Origin: Eledone cirrhosa
Taxonomy: Eukaryota
NCBI GenBank assembly: GCA_964016885.1
Contig: OZ024740.1
Location: 391,592,001 to 391,656,000, forward strand
Length of the DNA stretch: 64,000 nt
Reading direction: 5' to 3'
Shown here in pieces: positions 45,249-59,784 of this stretch. Made by a program: the position numbers and the translations under genes. Numbering within the stretch: the first letter of the stretch is position 1; every line of letters begins with the position of its first letter. The notes beneath the pieces are model-generated. The model was given only the letters and a program-made list of their open reading frames with translations, was not told the origin of the DNA and searched no databases.

Positions 45249-45258
45249 CTGTGTGTGT

Positions 45259-45307
<49 letters not shown>

Positions 45308-47785
45308 AACACACACACATTATATATATGCATATAAGGGGTCGATAAAATAAAGTACCAGTAATACACTGCGATAATTGCTGGCCTTGTGCCAAAAAGT
45401 AGAAACAATTATATATATGCATGTGTGTCTGTATCTGTTTGGGTGTGTGTTTAATTTTTTTTTTCTACATTTTATTGCTGATGCTATTTGTTTATGTTTG
45501 GTAAGTCTATGTCTTATATCGAGAATTATTTCCCGAAACAGAATTACTACATTTATAAGACATTACATTATTTGCCTCGTATATTGAAGACATCTTTATC
45601 TAGCACTCATTGTCGCAGTCTTCACTGTCTGCACCTCTTATCTTTGTCATCCTCATCATAACCATCATCATGAGTATGATCATGATGATGGTCGTGGTAA
45701 TGATAATGGTAATGATGATGATGCTGGTGATGATGATTCTGCTGCTGCTGCTGCTGCTGATGATGATGATGATGTTAATGGTTATCATCATTATCACTAG
45801 CATCATTAATTTTCCTTCTCGTTACCACCATTAATTTTATCATTATTTTTTCCTTTTTTCATCTACTTCACAGTCATAGAGTCATTTGTTGTAGGGAACT
45901 TCTGTAATACAACTTTTTGGAAACGTCTAAAACATTATAAAAATGATGATCGCCAAAACAAAGGTATAGCGGAAGAAATGAATGAGAAAGACAATATTTT
46001 CCACTCGTGATTGTCGCCTCTAGCTTTGATTAAAACAAAAAAAAAATATGCCTAGAATTACATCTTGTATCTTTTCCTATTCAAAACGGAAAAAAATTGT
46101 TTGCTATCTTTAGAGGTTGTTCAATCGCATGAAAATCCCATCGTTGGATTATTTTTGGAAGAAATCTAAGAGAAAATTAGTTTTATGCTCATGTCTCAAC
46201 ACAATGTCATATGATTTCTGGATAGTTTTCTTTTATTTCAGCTCTATAGAATTGTACAATATTTCTCCACATATTTCAGAAGTAATCCCGAAATGTGAGG
46301 CTTTTTTGTTATAAAAATATGCCCAGAAACACAAATCTCTCATACTCTGTCTCTAATCATTCTCTGCCATTCATTCAACTCTTAATATTTTAAGCATAGA
46401 AGTAAGTCTTCCACTCATCACTTTGACCCGGATTTTTATGCACCAGTTGGTTTCACTCCAATTTATAAATAAAAAAAAAAAAAAAAGATTTTCTTCAAAA
46501 TTTTTTTTTTATTTTTTAAATTTAGACATTTCCGGTTGGTTGGTTGGTTCCACAACCGGACAGTTGTTCATATATTGTCAAAGTTCTTTCGTCACACATT
46601 CTGTGACCTCTTCAGTGACGGGATTTTTTTCTTTGTTTTGTGCCTCTCCTTTGTTCTTTCCTACGCCATCTTGTTTGGCGTCCAGTCGACTAAATTCATT
46701 CAAATATTAGGTAGTGGTTTTAAACAAGGAGTCTACTATCGAAGAATTAAGAGTACATTGTGCCGGAACATGTTTCACAAAGCCTCTCGCCTGACGCTAT
46801 AAGTATTCTGCCAATCCATCGCTCTAGACTGGTATGTTATTTCGTCGATACCGAAAAGATAAGAGGCAATGCTGACCTTGGTGGGATTTGAACTCGGAGC
46901 GCAGAAAATCGAAATATATACCACTAGTTTTTTTGTCATACGCTCTGATGACTGCCAGTTTGCCCGCTTTGAGTAAATAAAAACAGTTTCATGAAAATTT
47001 ATCTCCTTCACTTCCATTTGAGTCTTCGTTTCACCTATCATATATGCAGCTTCCAACAATTTATAGTTGATTGAGTTACAAATAGTTTATTGCCATATTA
47101 TCACTAGCAGAACAAGGTCCCATTCATCATAAAGTGAAAGCTTAAAGAATAAAACTGTGTCCATTGGGCGTTGAGAAGTGTTACTAACTTTTAGCATCGA
47201 TTATTAGCTAGCGTAGAAAAAGAACTTGGTCTTCAGCATGAACATCATCACAATGCTTACTATGATCATCATCATTATATGATAGGCCGTTAATATCAGC
47301 AGCAGCAGCAGCATCATTGATAACATCATTATTATCTTGAAAGCTGCTATCATCTTCAACAACATTATCCCCAAGAACATCATCAACAACATCATCATTT
47401 TCACCACAACATAATTTCTCCACCACCACCACCACCACTACCAACACCACCAACACCACCGCCGCCACCATCGCCACCATCAACGCCAACAGCCTCACTA
47501 ACTTCAATATACCTAGCGCACTATTTGTTTCATATTTTTCAATCTGTTAGACGCCAACCACTTACTGTAATTTTTCCCCGTCGTCATCTTAATAAGCATA
47601 ATTACCCCCTCCCCCACCACTACCACTAACACCATCATTATCATCATGATTGTTCGATTTACAGCACATCTTTTCTCGTCTTCTCAACTCTCTTTCTCAC
47701 TCTTTCTTTCTTGTACTCTCTCTCCCTCTGTATGTATGTATGTATGTATGTATGTATGTATGTATGTATGTATGTATGTATGTAT

Positions 47786-48190
47786 GATGACCCCTTAGCC
47801 TTTGTCAAGGCAGAATTCTAGGAGAAGGAAAACTCTGATATAACACCTGCAACCCTGATGGTATCCAATGATGTTGACTTGTTTTTCTTTTTGGTAAATA
47901 TCATCTTGGTTAAGAGAGTGGGACTGGCTTTGTGCAGTGCCTTTTCTCACTATAAAAGCTTCACGGCACAGGCATTGCTTTATATCTGGAGATCTCTCTG
48001 CACTTGTCGTCACATGGTACCAAAGGCAAAGCACTATGTGTCGATAATTGTCACAAGTGTAGTGTTTGTACCAGAGTTTTCAAGTCGCTGGCTGGACTAA
48101 AAAGTCACACTCGTTCAGCGCATCGGTAGGGGTTCTCCTACATGGATATAAAGTAGTGGCCGTACTCGAAAACGAGTTGGCAGCCACCAT
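47786..48190 (+). mobile_element. Non-coding ~400-bp RTE-related short element within (TATG)n
   Basis: Close copy at 56785-57244 (-); 5' motif tctaggagaaggaaaactctgat shared with 48945-49205 and 56520-56725. Confidence 0.7.
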
Positions 48191-48753
48191 GTATGTATGT
48201 ATGTATGTATGTATGTATGTATGTATGTATGTATGTATGTATGTATGTATGTATGTATGTATGTATGTCTGTATGTATGTATGTATGTATGTATGTATGT
48301 ATGTATGTATGTATGTATGCATGTATGTATTATGTATGTATGCATGTATGTATGTGTGTACATATGTATGTGTGAAGGTATGTATGTATATATGTATATA
48401 TATATATATGTATGTATGTATGTATGTATGCATACATGTATGTATGTGTGTATGTATGTATGTATGTATGTATGTATGTATGTATGTATGTATGTATGTA
48501 TGTATGTATGTATGGTAACATGTATCCCAGTACAACCTGTCACATGTATGTATGTATGTATGTATGTATGTATGTATGTATGTATGTATGTATGTATGGT
48601 ACTCTCTTTTGTTGACTCCGTGGAGAGCCATAACTCTATGCTGTAAAGCAATTATAGTAATACTGGACTGTAATACGATCGGCTTCAACTATACAAACTC
48701 TTGAAAGTCAACAGTTGACATAATCTTGTAATCTTGTATCAGTAATGACGGTA

Positions 48754-48784
<31 letters not shown>

Positions 48785-48944
48785 CGTGTAAGTGAGTAGA
48801 GTAGCGTGTGTGTGTGTTTGTTGTATGTATGAGTGTTGCTGTGTGCGCGCATATGTATGCGTGTGTGTGTATGTCGTACGTATAAGTGTCAATGAGTGAT
48901 TTTTTTTTTTTTTTTTTTTTTTGCGCGGGGACATAGAAATAATC

Positions 48945-49205
48945 GGGCTGGATGCCCGATCGCGCAGTTAAACCACTGGGAGTGAAGAACCCCTAGCCCT
49001 TGTCAGGGCATTCTTCTAGGAGAAGGCATCTCAGGAAACTGGGTTAACTCCGATATAAAACCTGCGGCTCAGTAGTTACCGATGATGTTGATCTTTTCTT
49101 CTTTTCGGGTTATAACTACTGTCGCTCAGAGAGTGGGATTGGCTCAGTGCACAGTCTTTCCTCACTTTAAAAATATTCGTCACGCACAGGCATTGCACGA
49201 GTGCA
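48945..49205 (+). mobile_element. RTE 5'-UTR-like module
   Basis: Homologous to 47790-47980; lies just upstream of the RTE ORF. Confidence 0.55.
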
Positions 49206-49292
49206 TTAATAATTATTAATAGTGTACTATTATTATTATTATTATTATTACTATTATTATTACTTTTTTTTTTTTTTTTTTTTCCCAATTCA

Positions 49293-52200
49293 ATGATGTT
49301 CCAGAACAATGTAAACGAGATAATTGGCAATTTAGGTTCTGGAACAAAAAAGATCATTGGCAATAAGGGCAGGGGCCCCAAGTTATCACAACCTGGGCCC
49401 GCCCGTCATCGTGCCATTGTAATAGAGCCAAACAGGGCATTTAGTCTTGGCTGCTGGAACGTACGGACGCTGCTTGACAGGGATTCTTTGGAGCGTCCTG
49501 AACGAAGGACCGCTCTTGTTGCAAAGGAGCTTCGACGTTACGATCTTGACATCGTGGCTTTATCTGAGACGAGGTTAGCTGGAGATGGTCATCTTACGGA
49601 ATTTTGTGGAGAATATACATTCTTCTGGAAAGGAAGAGATGAAGGAACCAGAAGAGAGGCTGGGGTAGGATTTTCTGTTAAGACTGTACTTGTGAATAAA
49701 TTAGAAGAATTCCCAGTAGGGATTAGTGAGCGTCTTATGTCCATGAGAGTTCCGCTGGACAAGGGAAGATATGCTACCCTGGTGAGTGTGTATGCTCCAA
49801 CTATGAATTCTGTCGATGAAGAAAAACTGTCCTTTTACCATGCCTTGAAAGGTGTTCTAAGAAATATCCCTCAAGCAGACAAAGTCATCGTGCTTGGTGA
49901 CTTTAATGCTAGAGTGGGTAGGGATTTTAAAACATGGAATGTAATCGGAAGGCATGGGGTGGGAAAGTGTAACAGCAATGGTATGCTCTTGCTGCAGATG
50001 TGTGAGGAGCTGGATCTGTGTGTTACCAACACCATGTTCCAACAAAAGAACAAATTCAAGACCACATGGATGCATCCTGCATCTAAGGAATGGCATCTTT
50101 TGGACTACGTCCTAGTCAGGATGCGTGACAGACAGGATGTGCAGTGTGTTCGTGTTCTTCGTGGAGCTGAGTGCTGGACGGACCACCACCTGGTACGCGC
50201 AAAAGTGAATCTAATCACCAAACGTAAAATCCGGGCTCCTGGTGTTACCCTGCCCAAAAGATTGAATGCTGCTCGTCTTAAGGATAAAAATGTGAAGAGG
50301 ACATTGGAAGAAGAGATGCATGCTGCAGATCTTGGTGAGGATTGGCCGACCCTTAAAAAGTCGGTTTATGATGTAGGCAGACGTGTTCTGGGATTGGTGC
50401 AGAGAAAACATCAGGACTGGTTTAATGAGAATGATGTACATATAGAAGACTTGTTGGCTGATAAGAGGCGTGCTCTGTCACGCTACTTGACGGCAAAACC
50501 ACAGGAGAGGAATACGTTGCATGAGGAGCTCAGGGATGTAAAATCACGTGTTAGGCGGAGTCTTTCTCAGATGAAGGATCAGTGGTGGAGTGAGAAGGCT
50601 GGTGAGATACAAACTGCGTCTGATTGCAATAACACAAAGCTGTTGTACAGTCTCTTGCGTGAGGTTTATGGACCGTCTTCTTCTCTGGTGACACCGATTC
50701 GCAGTAAGGATGGCAAAGAACTTCTTCGTGACTCACAGGGAATTCTACGAAGGTGGCGAGAGCACTTTGATTATCTTTTGAATCAGCCGTCTGTCGTCAG
50801 TGAAGATTTCCTCAATCTCATTCCGGAAAGTCCTGTGAAAGTAGCTCTCGCAGAACCTCCGACGCTTGTGAAGGTTGCAGTGGCTATTTCGAAGCTGAAC
50901 AGTGGAAGATCTCCAGGTATGGATGGCATACATGCTGAGCTCCTACAATATGGTGGTGAGAGACTCCTGCAACATCCTCACTCTTTGTTTGGAAGGATAT
51001 GGGCTAATGAATCCGTGCCTGAGGACTGGAGAGATGCAGTAATGGTGGTCTTGTACAAGGGAAAGGGTAACAGGAATGATTGTGGGAACTACAGAGGTAT
51101 ATCATTGCTTTCTGTCGTAGGGAAAGTTTTATGTAGAGTGCTTCTGGACCGTCTGCTGACACACATTGCAGATTGTGTCCTTCCTGAAAGTCAATCTGGT
51201 TTTCGTGCTGGACGCGGCACTACTGATATGATCTTCTCAGCTAGACAGCTCCAGGAGAAGTGCATTGAACAAGGCTTGGATCTGTATCAGGTTTTTGTCG
51301 ATCTGACAAAGGCGTTCGATACTGTCAACAGAGATGCATTATGGAAGGTTCTCCAGAAACTTGGTTGCCCTGATAAGTTCCTTGCTTTAGTTAGGTCTTT
51401 CCATGACGACATGAAGGCTTGGGTTAATGTCGGAGGTAACATGTCGGAGCCTATCTCAGTAAAAAATGGAGTGAAACAGAGGGATATTCCAGCACCGACC
51501 CTGTTTGCCATATAGTTTGCAATGGTTTTCTGTATTGCATTCAGGAATTGCGAGCATGGTGTTTACATCCGATATCGAACCTCAGGCAGCATATTTAACA
51601 TCAGGCGCTTTGCTGCAAAGACAAAAGTATTTACATCAGTCATAAGAGACCTCTTGTATGCAGATGATTTCGATCTTGTAGCGCACACAGAGAGTGATAT
51701 GCAGCACATTTTGAATGCATTTTCTGACGCTTGCACTGTCCTGGGTTTGACTGTCAGTCTCAAGAAAACCGTCGTCATGTACCAACCTGCCCCTAGTAAG
51801 CAGTACACTGAACCAAACATCTATGTGTATGGCAAACGACTTGGAGTGGTTGATTAGTTTGTCTACCTGGGAAGCACTGTCAATCGATACGGCAACCTTG
51901 ACAGTGAAATCTCACTTAGGATTAGGAAAGCAAGTGATGCTTTCGGAAAGCTAGAAAGGCGACTCTGGGGTCGGCGAGACATATGCAGGAGGACAAAGGT
52001 AAAGGTGTACAGGGCATGTGTACTCTCTTGTCTTCTTTATGCCTGCGAGACCTGGTTCACATATCGACGCCACCTTAAGCAATTGGAGCGTTTCCATCAG
52101 ATGTGTCTCAGACGGATCCATGGCGTTCACTGGAGGGACCACATCAGTGATGTCGAGATTTTGGAAAGCTCTATGTGTGACAGTATAGAAGCTCTTGTGC

Positions 52201-52838
52201 TTAAGCAACGACTCCGTTGGAGTGGTCACCTTGCCAGGATGAAGGATTCTAGAATACCAAAACAACTCTTCTATGGAGAGTTGGTTAAAGGAAAACGACC
52301 GCCACATAAACCAAAAAAGAGGTGTAAGGATTCCTTGAAAGCCTCTCTGAAAGACGCTAACATCTCTGCTGATACATGGGAAAATATTGCTGCTGATCGT
52401 AATAAATGGAGAAAGACTGTATATGAGGGAAAAGTTGCCTTTGAGGCATCTCGAATCGCACACGAGAAAGTAAAGCGGGACGTGAGGAAGGGCATTGCTG
52501 TTGCATTTCCAGACGGCGAGGGTCATCCTATGGTGCTGACATGCAGCGTATGTGCGAGACTCTGCCTAAGCAAAGCTGGACTCGAAAGTCATCTTCGCAG
52601 TCATAAAGTAAGACCAGTGGTTGACTACCAGGCTGCTGTTGGAGATGCTACTCATCATGCTTGCCAAACATGTGGTAGAGAATGTAAATCAGCAGGAGGG
52701 CTCAAGCGACATGCAAAAGTACACGAACTCCAACCACAGCCGACTATTCCCAGTGAATGTTTTGGTTGCCGACTCTGTGCAAGACATTTTAGATCATTGG
52801 CTGGGCTAAAAAGCCACATTCGATCGCAGCACTGTTAG
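49293..52838 (+). pseudogene. Near-intact RTE-clade LINE: APE endonuclease, RT and three C2H2 zinc fingers; two in-frame TAG stops
   Basis: WNVRTL, LSETR, YAPT, LGDFNARVG, TDH; YRGISLL, FVDLTKAFD, YADD, FVYLGS; three CxxC..HxxxH-type motifs; ORFs 49293, 51522 and 52005 share one frame with stops at 51513-51515 and 51855-51857. Confidence 0.93.
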
Positions 52839-52985
52839 TTGCTATCGTGTGTGTGTGTGTGTGTGTGTAGATATGCTTATGTGCGTGCGTGTGTGTATAT
52901 ATATATGAATATGCATATTATTATTGTTGTTGTCGTTATTATTATTATTGCTATTATTATTATTATTATTATTATTGTTGTTATT

Positions 52986-53971
52986 CCTTGAATCTCAGTC
53001 ATTGATGTTGGTTAACTGGAAAGTCCGTTGGATTGAATATCAAGCCACTACCTGCAGCCTCAGATATTCAGGACGTATCGGAGGGTTCTTGCTGTTCCAA
53101 GCAAGCATGCCTTTTGAAGCGTTCCAAAAAGCGTGAAGGGGCCGATTTTCTTTAACCATCCCTGGAAACTTTTGGAGATAGTCCCCAGTGCGCCTATGAC
53201 AATCGGGATCACTTTGACTTCATGGCAGTTCCAAATCCTTTTCACCTCCCACTTTAGGTCCTGGTATCGGTTAATTTTCTCCCTCTCCTTCTCTTGCACT
53301 CTCGTGTCGAACGGGCAGGCCACATCCACAATCAGACACGATCTTTTTTCTTTGTCCACAACCACCAGGTCAGGTCTATTGTGTTCCAGTTTTTTGTCCG
53401 TCTGTATCCTAAAATCCCACAGCACCTTCACCTGATTGTTCTCCATCACCGCCTCTGGCCTATGCTCATACCATTTCTCAGAATGTGGTAAATTGTTTAC
53501 TTTGCACAGGTGCCAGTGGATCACCCTGCCCATCACATCGTGTCTCCAGCCCTTATAGTGGGTCTGGGCTAGGTGTTTACACTCGGACACAATGTGAGCC
53601 ACAGTCTCTTCTCTCTCTCCACAGATCCTGCACAGTGGGCTAGCCTCCTCCTTGTAGATATGGTGCTTCAACCACTTCGTTTTGAGGGCCTGCTCCTGCG
53701 CAGCCATTAGCATTCCTTCTGTAGCCTTTTTGAGGTCTCCTCTTCTCAACCAGTTCCATGTCTGTGGATCTCTAAATTCAGTTTTCTCAAAGAAGGTACT
53801 ATGAAGGGATTTTCCCTTAAGGCTGCTCTTCCTCCTTGATGTTATTTCCTCCTTGGACATCCCCTGGCCTACTGTCCCCTCCTTCAGTACAGTTCTGAGC
53901 ATTGGCTCCTTACTATAGGTCACGTATTTGTATAGGTTGTTTTTCTCCATCTGAACACAGTCCTCTATGCT
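52986..53971 (-). mobile_element. 5'-truncated R4/Dong-type non-LTR element (CCHC plus restriction-like endonuclease) in (TAA)n
   Basis: CRIC..ETVAHIVSEC, RHD, LWDFRIQTD..HNRPDLV, DVACP, EK..Y.DL, PIVIGALG; TTA arrays on both flanks. Confidence 0.9.
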
Positions 53972-53972
53972 G

Positions 53973-54047
<75 letters not shown>

Positions 54048-54113
54048 GTTATTAATGTATGTGTGTATATGTGTGAGTGTATGTGTATGTATGTGTGTAT
54101 GTATATATGTATG

Positions 54114-54147
<34 letters not shown>

Positions 54148-54151
<4 letters not shown>

Positions 54152-54335
54152 AACCAGTAAGACCCCGACAGCTGAGCTCAAGCCGTTTCGACGGCTAATT
54201 CTGAGAATTAGCCGTCGAAACGGCTTGAGCTCAGCTGTCGGGGTCTTACTGGTTCCTATTACCCACTCTACTACCTCAAGTATTGAGTACTTTGGTGCGT
54301 TATGGTCCACCTGGTTCCTTACCACATTTCCTTCG

Positions 54336-54336
<1 letters not shown>
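54148..54336 (+). mobile_element. Family A hairpin element with perfect 55-bp arms (apex 54203)
   Basis: taggaaccagtaagacccc..ggctaattct-g-agaattagcc..ggggtcttactggttccta. Confidence 0.85.
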
Positions 54337-54369
<33 letters not shown>

Positions 54370-55499
54370 CTTTTTTTCTTTTCTTTTTTTTTTTTTAAAT
54401 TTATTTATTATTATTATTATTATTATTTTTTTTTTATTTTATTTTATTTATTTTTTTTTTCTTCTCGTGCAATGGCCATACTCGATAACGAGGGGGTAGC
54501 CATCATCATGTATGTATGTATGTGTGTATGTGTGTATGTATGTATGTATGTATGTGTGTATGTGTGTATGTGTGTATGTATGTATGTATGTGTGTATGTG
54601 TGTATGTGTGTATGTATGTATGTATGTATGTGTGTATGTGTGTATGAAGGTATGAATGTATTATGTGCGTGTTTCTCTCAACCTCCTCGCACTTCTCTCA
54701 TTTTACCGTTACATTTTCCTCTATTTCATAAAATGAGATGTGAAAAAGAACTCGCTATTATCTTTATTCTTATCTTGTTTAATTCTCTATCGACTTTATT
54801 CACCGTGAGAGTAAAGCATCTTTATAAAGAATTAAAGTGCAATTAAACTATGTCTGCTCCGGATATTCAGTAAAACGTTGTGGCTGATGAAGATGTGGTT
54901 GTTATTTATTTATTTATCATCATCATTATCATCATCATCATCATCTTTGTTGTTGAATCTTTCGAGGCGTGTTTCACTTCACTCCTGTAAGTTTGTTATA
55001 CTTTCTATTGTTATACAAAATTATACATTGAACCTTTGTTACCCTTACATAGATAAGCTAACCAGGACCTTCGGGAGTCGGTTAGCTTTCCCCCATATGT
55101 AACCCGTAGGGGCTAAACCTGTTTTTGTTTACCAAACACGCCCCGCATTTTTAAAATTAAAATCAAGATGGTGGACAGAAATAATTTTGCGTCTCTAAAC
55201 AAAATAGTCAGCTGCCTATAAAATGGAACAGCCAAAATACACAAAACAATGGCAGCAGCAATAGCAACAACAACATCAACAACAGCTCCAGTAACAACAG
55301 TGATAGTAACAACAACAGTACCAACCAAATTATAACATTTCGTGCAGCAGCCACAAATGAAGTAGAGTTTCCACCGCTACCAATGGCTACCACCATGAAC
55401 GCAATGACAGTAATCACAACGGACTAACGCCGCCACCACCACTACCACCACCACCACCACCACCACCAACACCACAATCACCACCACCAAGAATATTCA

Positions 55500-56345
55500 A
55501 TGCTCGAAAATAAAAAAAAAATGACTAATTTACTGAGAAGGTTGTACATGTGTACTTGACACGGAAAACACTGATCATAAAGGGAATAAATCATACTAAA
55601 AGCCTGACATGGAGTTATGACAAATTCGTAACATCTGACCTTGGATGATACTTCCATGCAATCCAGGAATAAGAAATCCCCACCAAGTACCTACTGCACA
55701 AACATGGAATGTCATCAGTTGAAAATAAATGTAGGCCGTGCAAAACAAAGACCAAAGATGTTAGCCAACTATGGGACAATCTCTTTTCGTTAATACCTTC
55801 CCATGAGGCATATGATAGCTAGAATGATCTGGAGGGTATTACGGGAAACGAAAATCAAATCAGATCGGGAGGAATATGTTGAGATTGATGGCCCAAAGGA
55901 ATACTGGTGGAAACTAAAAATAAAAAAAAACTCAAAATTAAAACACAACCGGCCTGATATTGTTGCGCGTGACTAGACATTACACTTCTACTCTGTTGTA
56001 GACATCAGTTGCCTACTTGATGCTAATGTGGTAAGAAAAAGAGAAGGAGGATATATACGGAAGCTTGGTGATGAGTTTGCAGATCCAGTATCCAAGCTAC
56101 ACGTTCAACTTCATGTCCGTTAATATTGGAGCTACAGTATAATATCAGACCAAAGTATTACTGTGGAATAAGAACGTAGCTCCTTAATTTAACAGCTACA
56201 AATAACCACGATATCTGGAACCTTCAAAATCTGTAAAACATTCTGACGATTCAAAGGATGAACACTTAGACAAAAACAACGACAATTTCCTTTTCTTTAA
56301 AACCTTGCCACCGGAAAGCTAGCCGGTCAAATGTAGACTCAAACT
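55500..56345 (+). pseudogene. Decayed R4/Dong-like endonuclease region
   Basis: EYWWKLKIKKNSKLKHNRPDIV..VVDISCLLDANV; multiple stops. Confidence 0.65.
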
Positions 56346-56519
56346 TAAGAGAAAGTAAGGGCATACATACAAACATATATACATACATGATGGCTGCAAA
56401 CTCTGCTAAGAGTACTGCAATCGCTTGTCAGGTTATAGAATTTGGTGTAGCCAGTCACACAAACCTGTAACAGGTTACGGCCAGTCACACAAACCTGTAA
56501 CAGACCCTGAACAAGCAAT

Positions 56520-57244
<725 letters not shown>

Positions 57245-57772
57245 ACATACATACATACATACATACATACATACATACACATATTTTATGCATCATAACT
57301 ACTTGTAAATTAAGAACAGAAATCTACATGAATTGATAATTATACAAAATATATATGAATTTACATTCATTAAAACTACATCTTTGACTACATTTAATTA
57401 ATCATAACGTTTATGAAAGTTAAATACAAATATTAATTTAGTTTTCGTGTTTCACTTTTAAACTTTAGTTTTAAATTTCAAATGAAAACCTGTCTATAAA
57501 TAAATATATTTTCGCTACTTTCCTGTTCCATTAGTAAGTGTATGTACTATTTATGTTCTATTGAAAGATTTAGCTATCTGAATCTAACATATGGATCGTA
57601 TCTGGAATAAATCATTACAATAAATTTTGGAATTAATGATTTTAATATTATATAGATAGATGTGTATGTGGGTGTTTGGATAAAAGATGCATAGTTTGGT
57701 GTATGTGTTGACAAGTTGATAACTGAAAGTAGATAGTTGTATATATTTATATGTACACACACACACACACGC

Positions 57773-57812
<40 letters not shown>

Positions 57813-58439
57813 TGGACAGATGGTTTCATGAATCGATAGCTACGTCGAAAGGTGGAGAGATGGGTGGAAACTTGCCTAAATTATTTGTTCAATGACTGGC
57901 TGTGAAAAACTAAAATGCTGTTTACGACCTCCCTAATGCCACTCCAACCAAGTAATATCAGAGAATGTTGAAAATCAAAATTTATCCAAGACGAAATTTG
58001 ACCTCAGAATGCAAAGGACCAAATAATACATTTTTATTTAAACACAGAACCAATTAGTTAAGGAATGTAAAGTACTGATATAATCAATGTTAGATTTATA
58101 TATTTAAATTTTAGATTCTAAAAAATTAAGTCGACAACTGCAGTAGAATTATAATGAAGGCAGTTTAGTATATTATTAAAAAGAGCCTCGTTTATTACAA
58201 GTGTCCCTGCTGGGGAGTGTGATGATTGAGTGTATGCTGCTCACTATACATCAAATGTCGCAAGTAACTTCCTAGCGCAACACATCTGGTTCATAATAAT
58301 TCTCTTCTCAATACTGGTGCTGCCTGCTTTCTCAAGTACAGGACCATCAGAATAGGGGCTGACCTTGTTTATGGTAAGGTTTATATAGCCCGCTATTTAT
58401 TTCAAAGTTAACTACTTTATTATTTATATCTATCGTTAT

Positions 58440-59180
58440 ATTTTAGCCATTTTCTTTAAAAAAAACCAACTATGTAAGTGCTTCTTTGTTCTTACTAGGT
58501 TTCAATTATTGCGTTTAAAAAAGAGAAGACTTCATGCAGATTGCTTAGTAAAAGAAGATCAACTATGTCAATAACCTGGGCCGAATCACTAGATCCTATT
58601 GTAATATCAAAGTTATCAGGGCGATTCTTCCTGGTTCAAAGGTTACCGTCAAATTCTATCATTGTTTTTCTCCCGACCAGGATGATGTCAATTTCAGTTC
58701 TAGTTAGATTGCTCCTACTTTTTGTCATAATTAAAGAGCTCTTTAAAAGGTTACTGGAGATAGAGGAATAATAATTGTATATGTCAAATTGTATGAAGCT
58801 AATTAGATTTTTATCTTCTAGCTTAGCAAACCAATTTATTACCTCATTTGTGTTACCCCAAATACTCGAGTTTATTATTTGTTTAATAGGGCAGTGAATT
58901 GGCAGTATCGGTAGAGGGTCGGGCGCTATTCTTTGACGCATAGAGTTACGGCCCTTGCCATTCTGAGTTCAAATCCCGCCGAGGTTAACTTTGCCTTTCA
59001 TCCTTACGGGATCGATAAAATAAAGTACCAGTAATGCACTGGGTAATTGCTGGCCTTGTGCCAAAAGTAGAAACAATTATTTGTTTAATAGTAGAAATTA
59101 TCCTTTCCAGTACTGTTTTGCTAATTTTCCCTCATGTAGGACATCTCGTTTTTTTTTCATCTTAAAAAAGCCCTCATTTT
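58440..59180 (-). pseudogene. Naiad-type Penelope RT fragment interrupted by a SINE
   Basis: WGNTNEVINWF, FIQFDIYNYYSSIS, FDITIGSSDSAQV. Confidence 0.75.
58890..59075 (+). mobile_element. Full SINE with 16-bp target-site duplication ATTATTTGTTTAATAG
   Basis: Duplication at 58874-58889 and 59076-59091. Confidence 0.92.
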
Positions 59181-59214
<34 letters not shown>

Positions 59215-59220
<6 letters not shown>

Positions 59221-59622
59221 TTTGATAACTTTGATAGATTTTGGCCAGTATTGGCCCAGGCCATCTCTAACTTAACACCACTTAATAAACACCACCATGG
59301 CCCACTCAAGAAAGAAGTGATTGTTTGCGGAGACATATCCGGGTGTAGGAGGTTTATCTGGGATTTCTTGAAGGAATTTGACCAAAGACATCTTGAACTT
59401 TATGGGGTCTGTTTCTGTTTTAATGTGTTTTGGTGTAATGTTAAAGAAAGTGGGGCCAATTGAGGTGAAATAACTGTGCCGTATTGTTGTTATGAGATGT
59501 GTGTTTGATTTTTGTTGTGATAGCCTTGGGTGTAGTTTAAAGGTGATGCCAACATCATTTGGGCAACGCTGATGAAATATTTTCCACATCATACAGATAA
59601 TGTATCGCCCACGACGGCGTTA
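59215..59622 (-). pseudogene. 3' end of a CR1/L2-group LINE
   Basis: RRRGRYIICMMWKI..GPTFFNITPKHI..FKMSLVKFLQEIPDKPPTPGY. Confidence 0.65.
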
Positions 59623-59649
59623 TAAAATAATATATATACATTGTGTATG

Positions 59650-59784
<135 letters not shown>

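Noticed and set aside
53972-54325. N-terminal part of the 421-aa ORF (MVRNQVDH..poly-I)
   Set aside because: Chance in-frame fusion of a family A hairpin and microsatellites to the R4 fragment.
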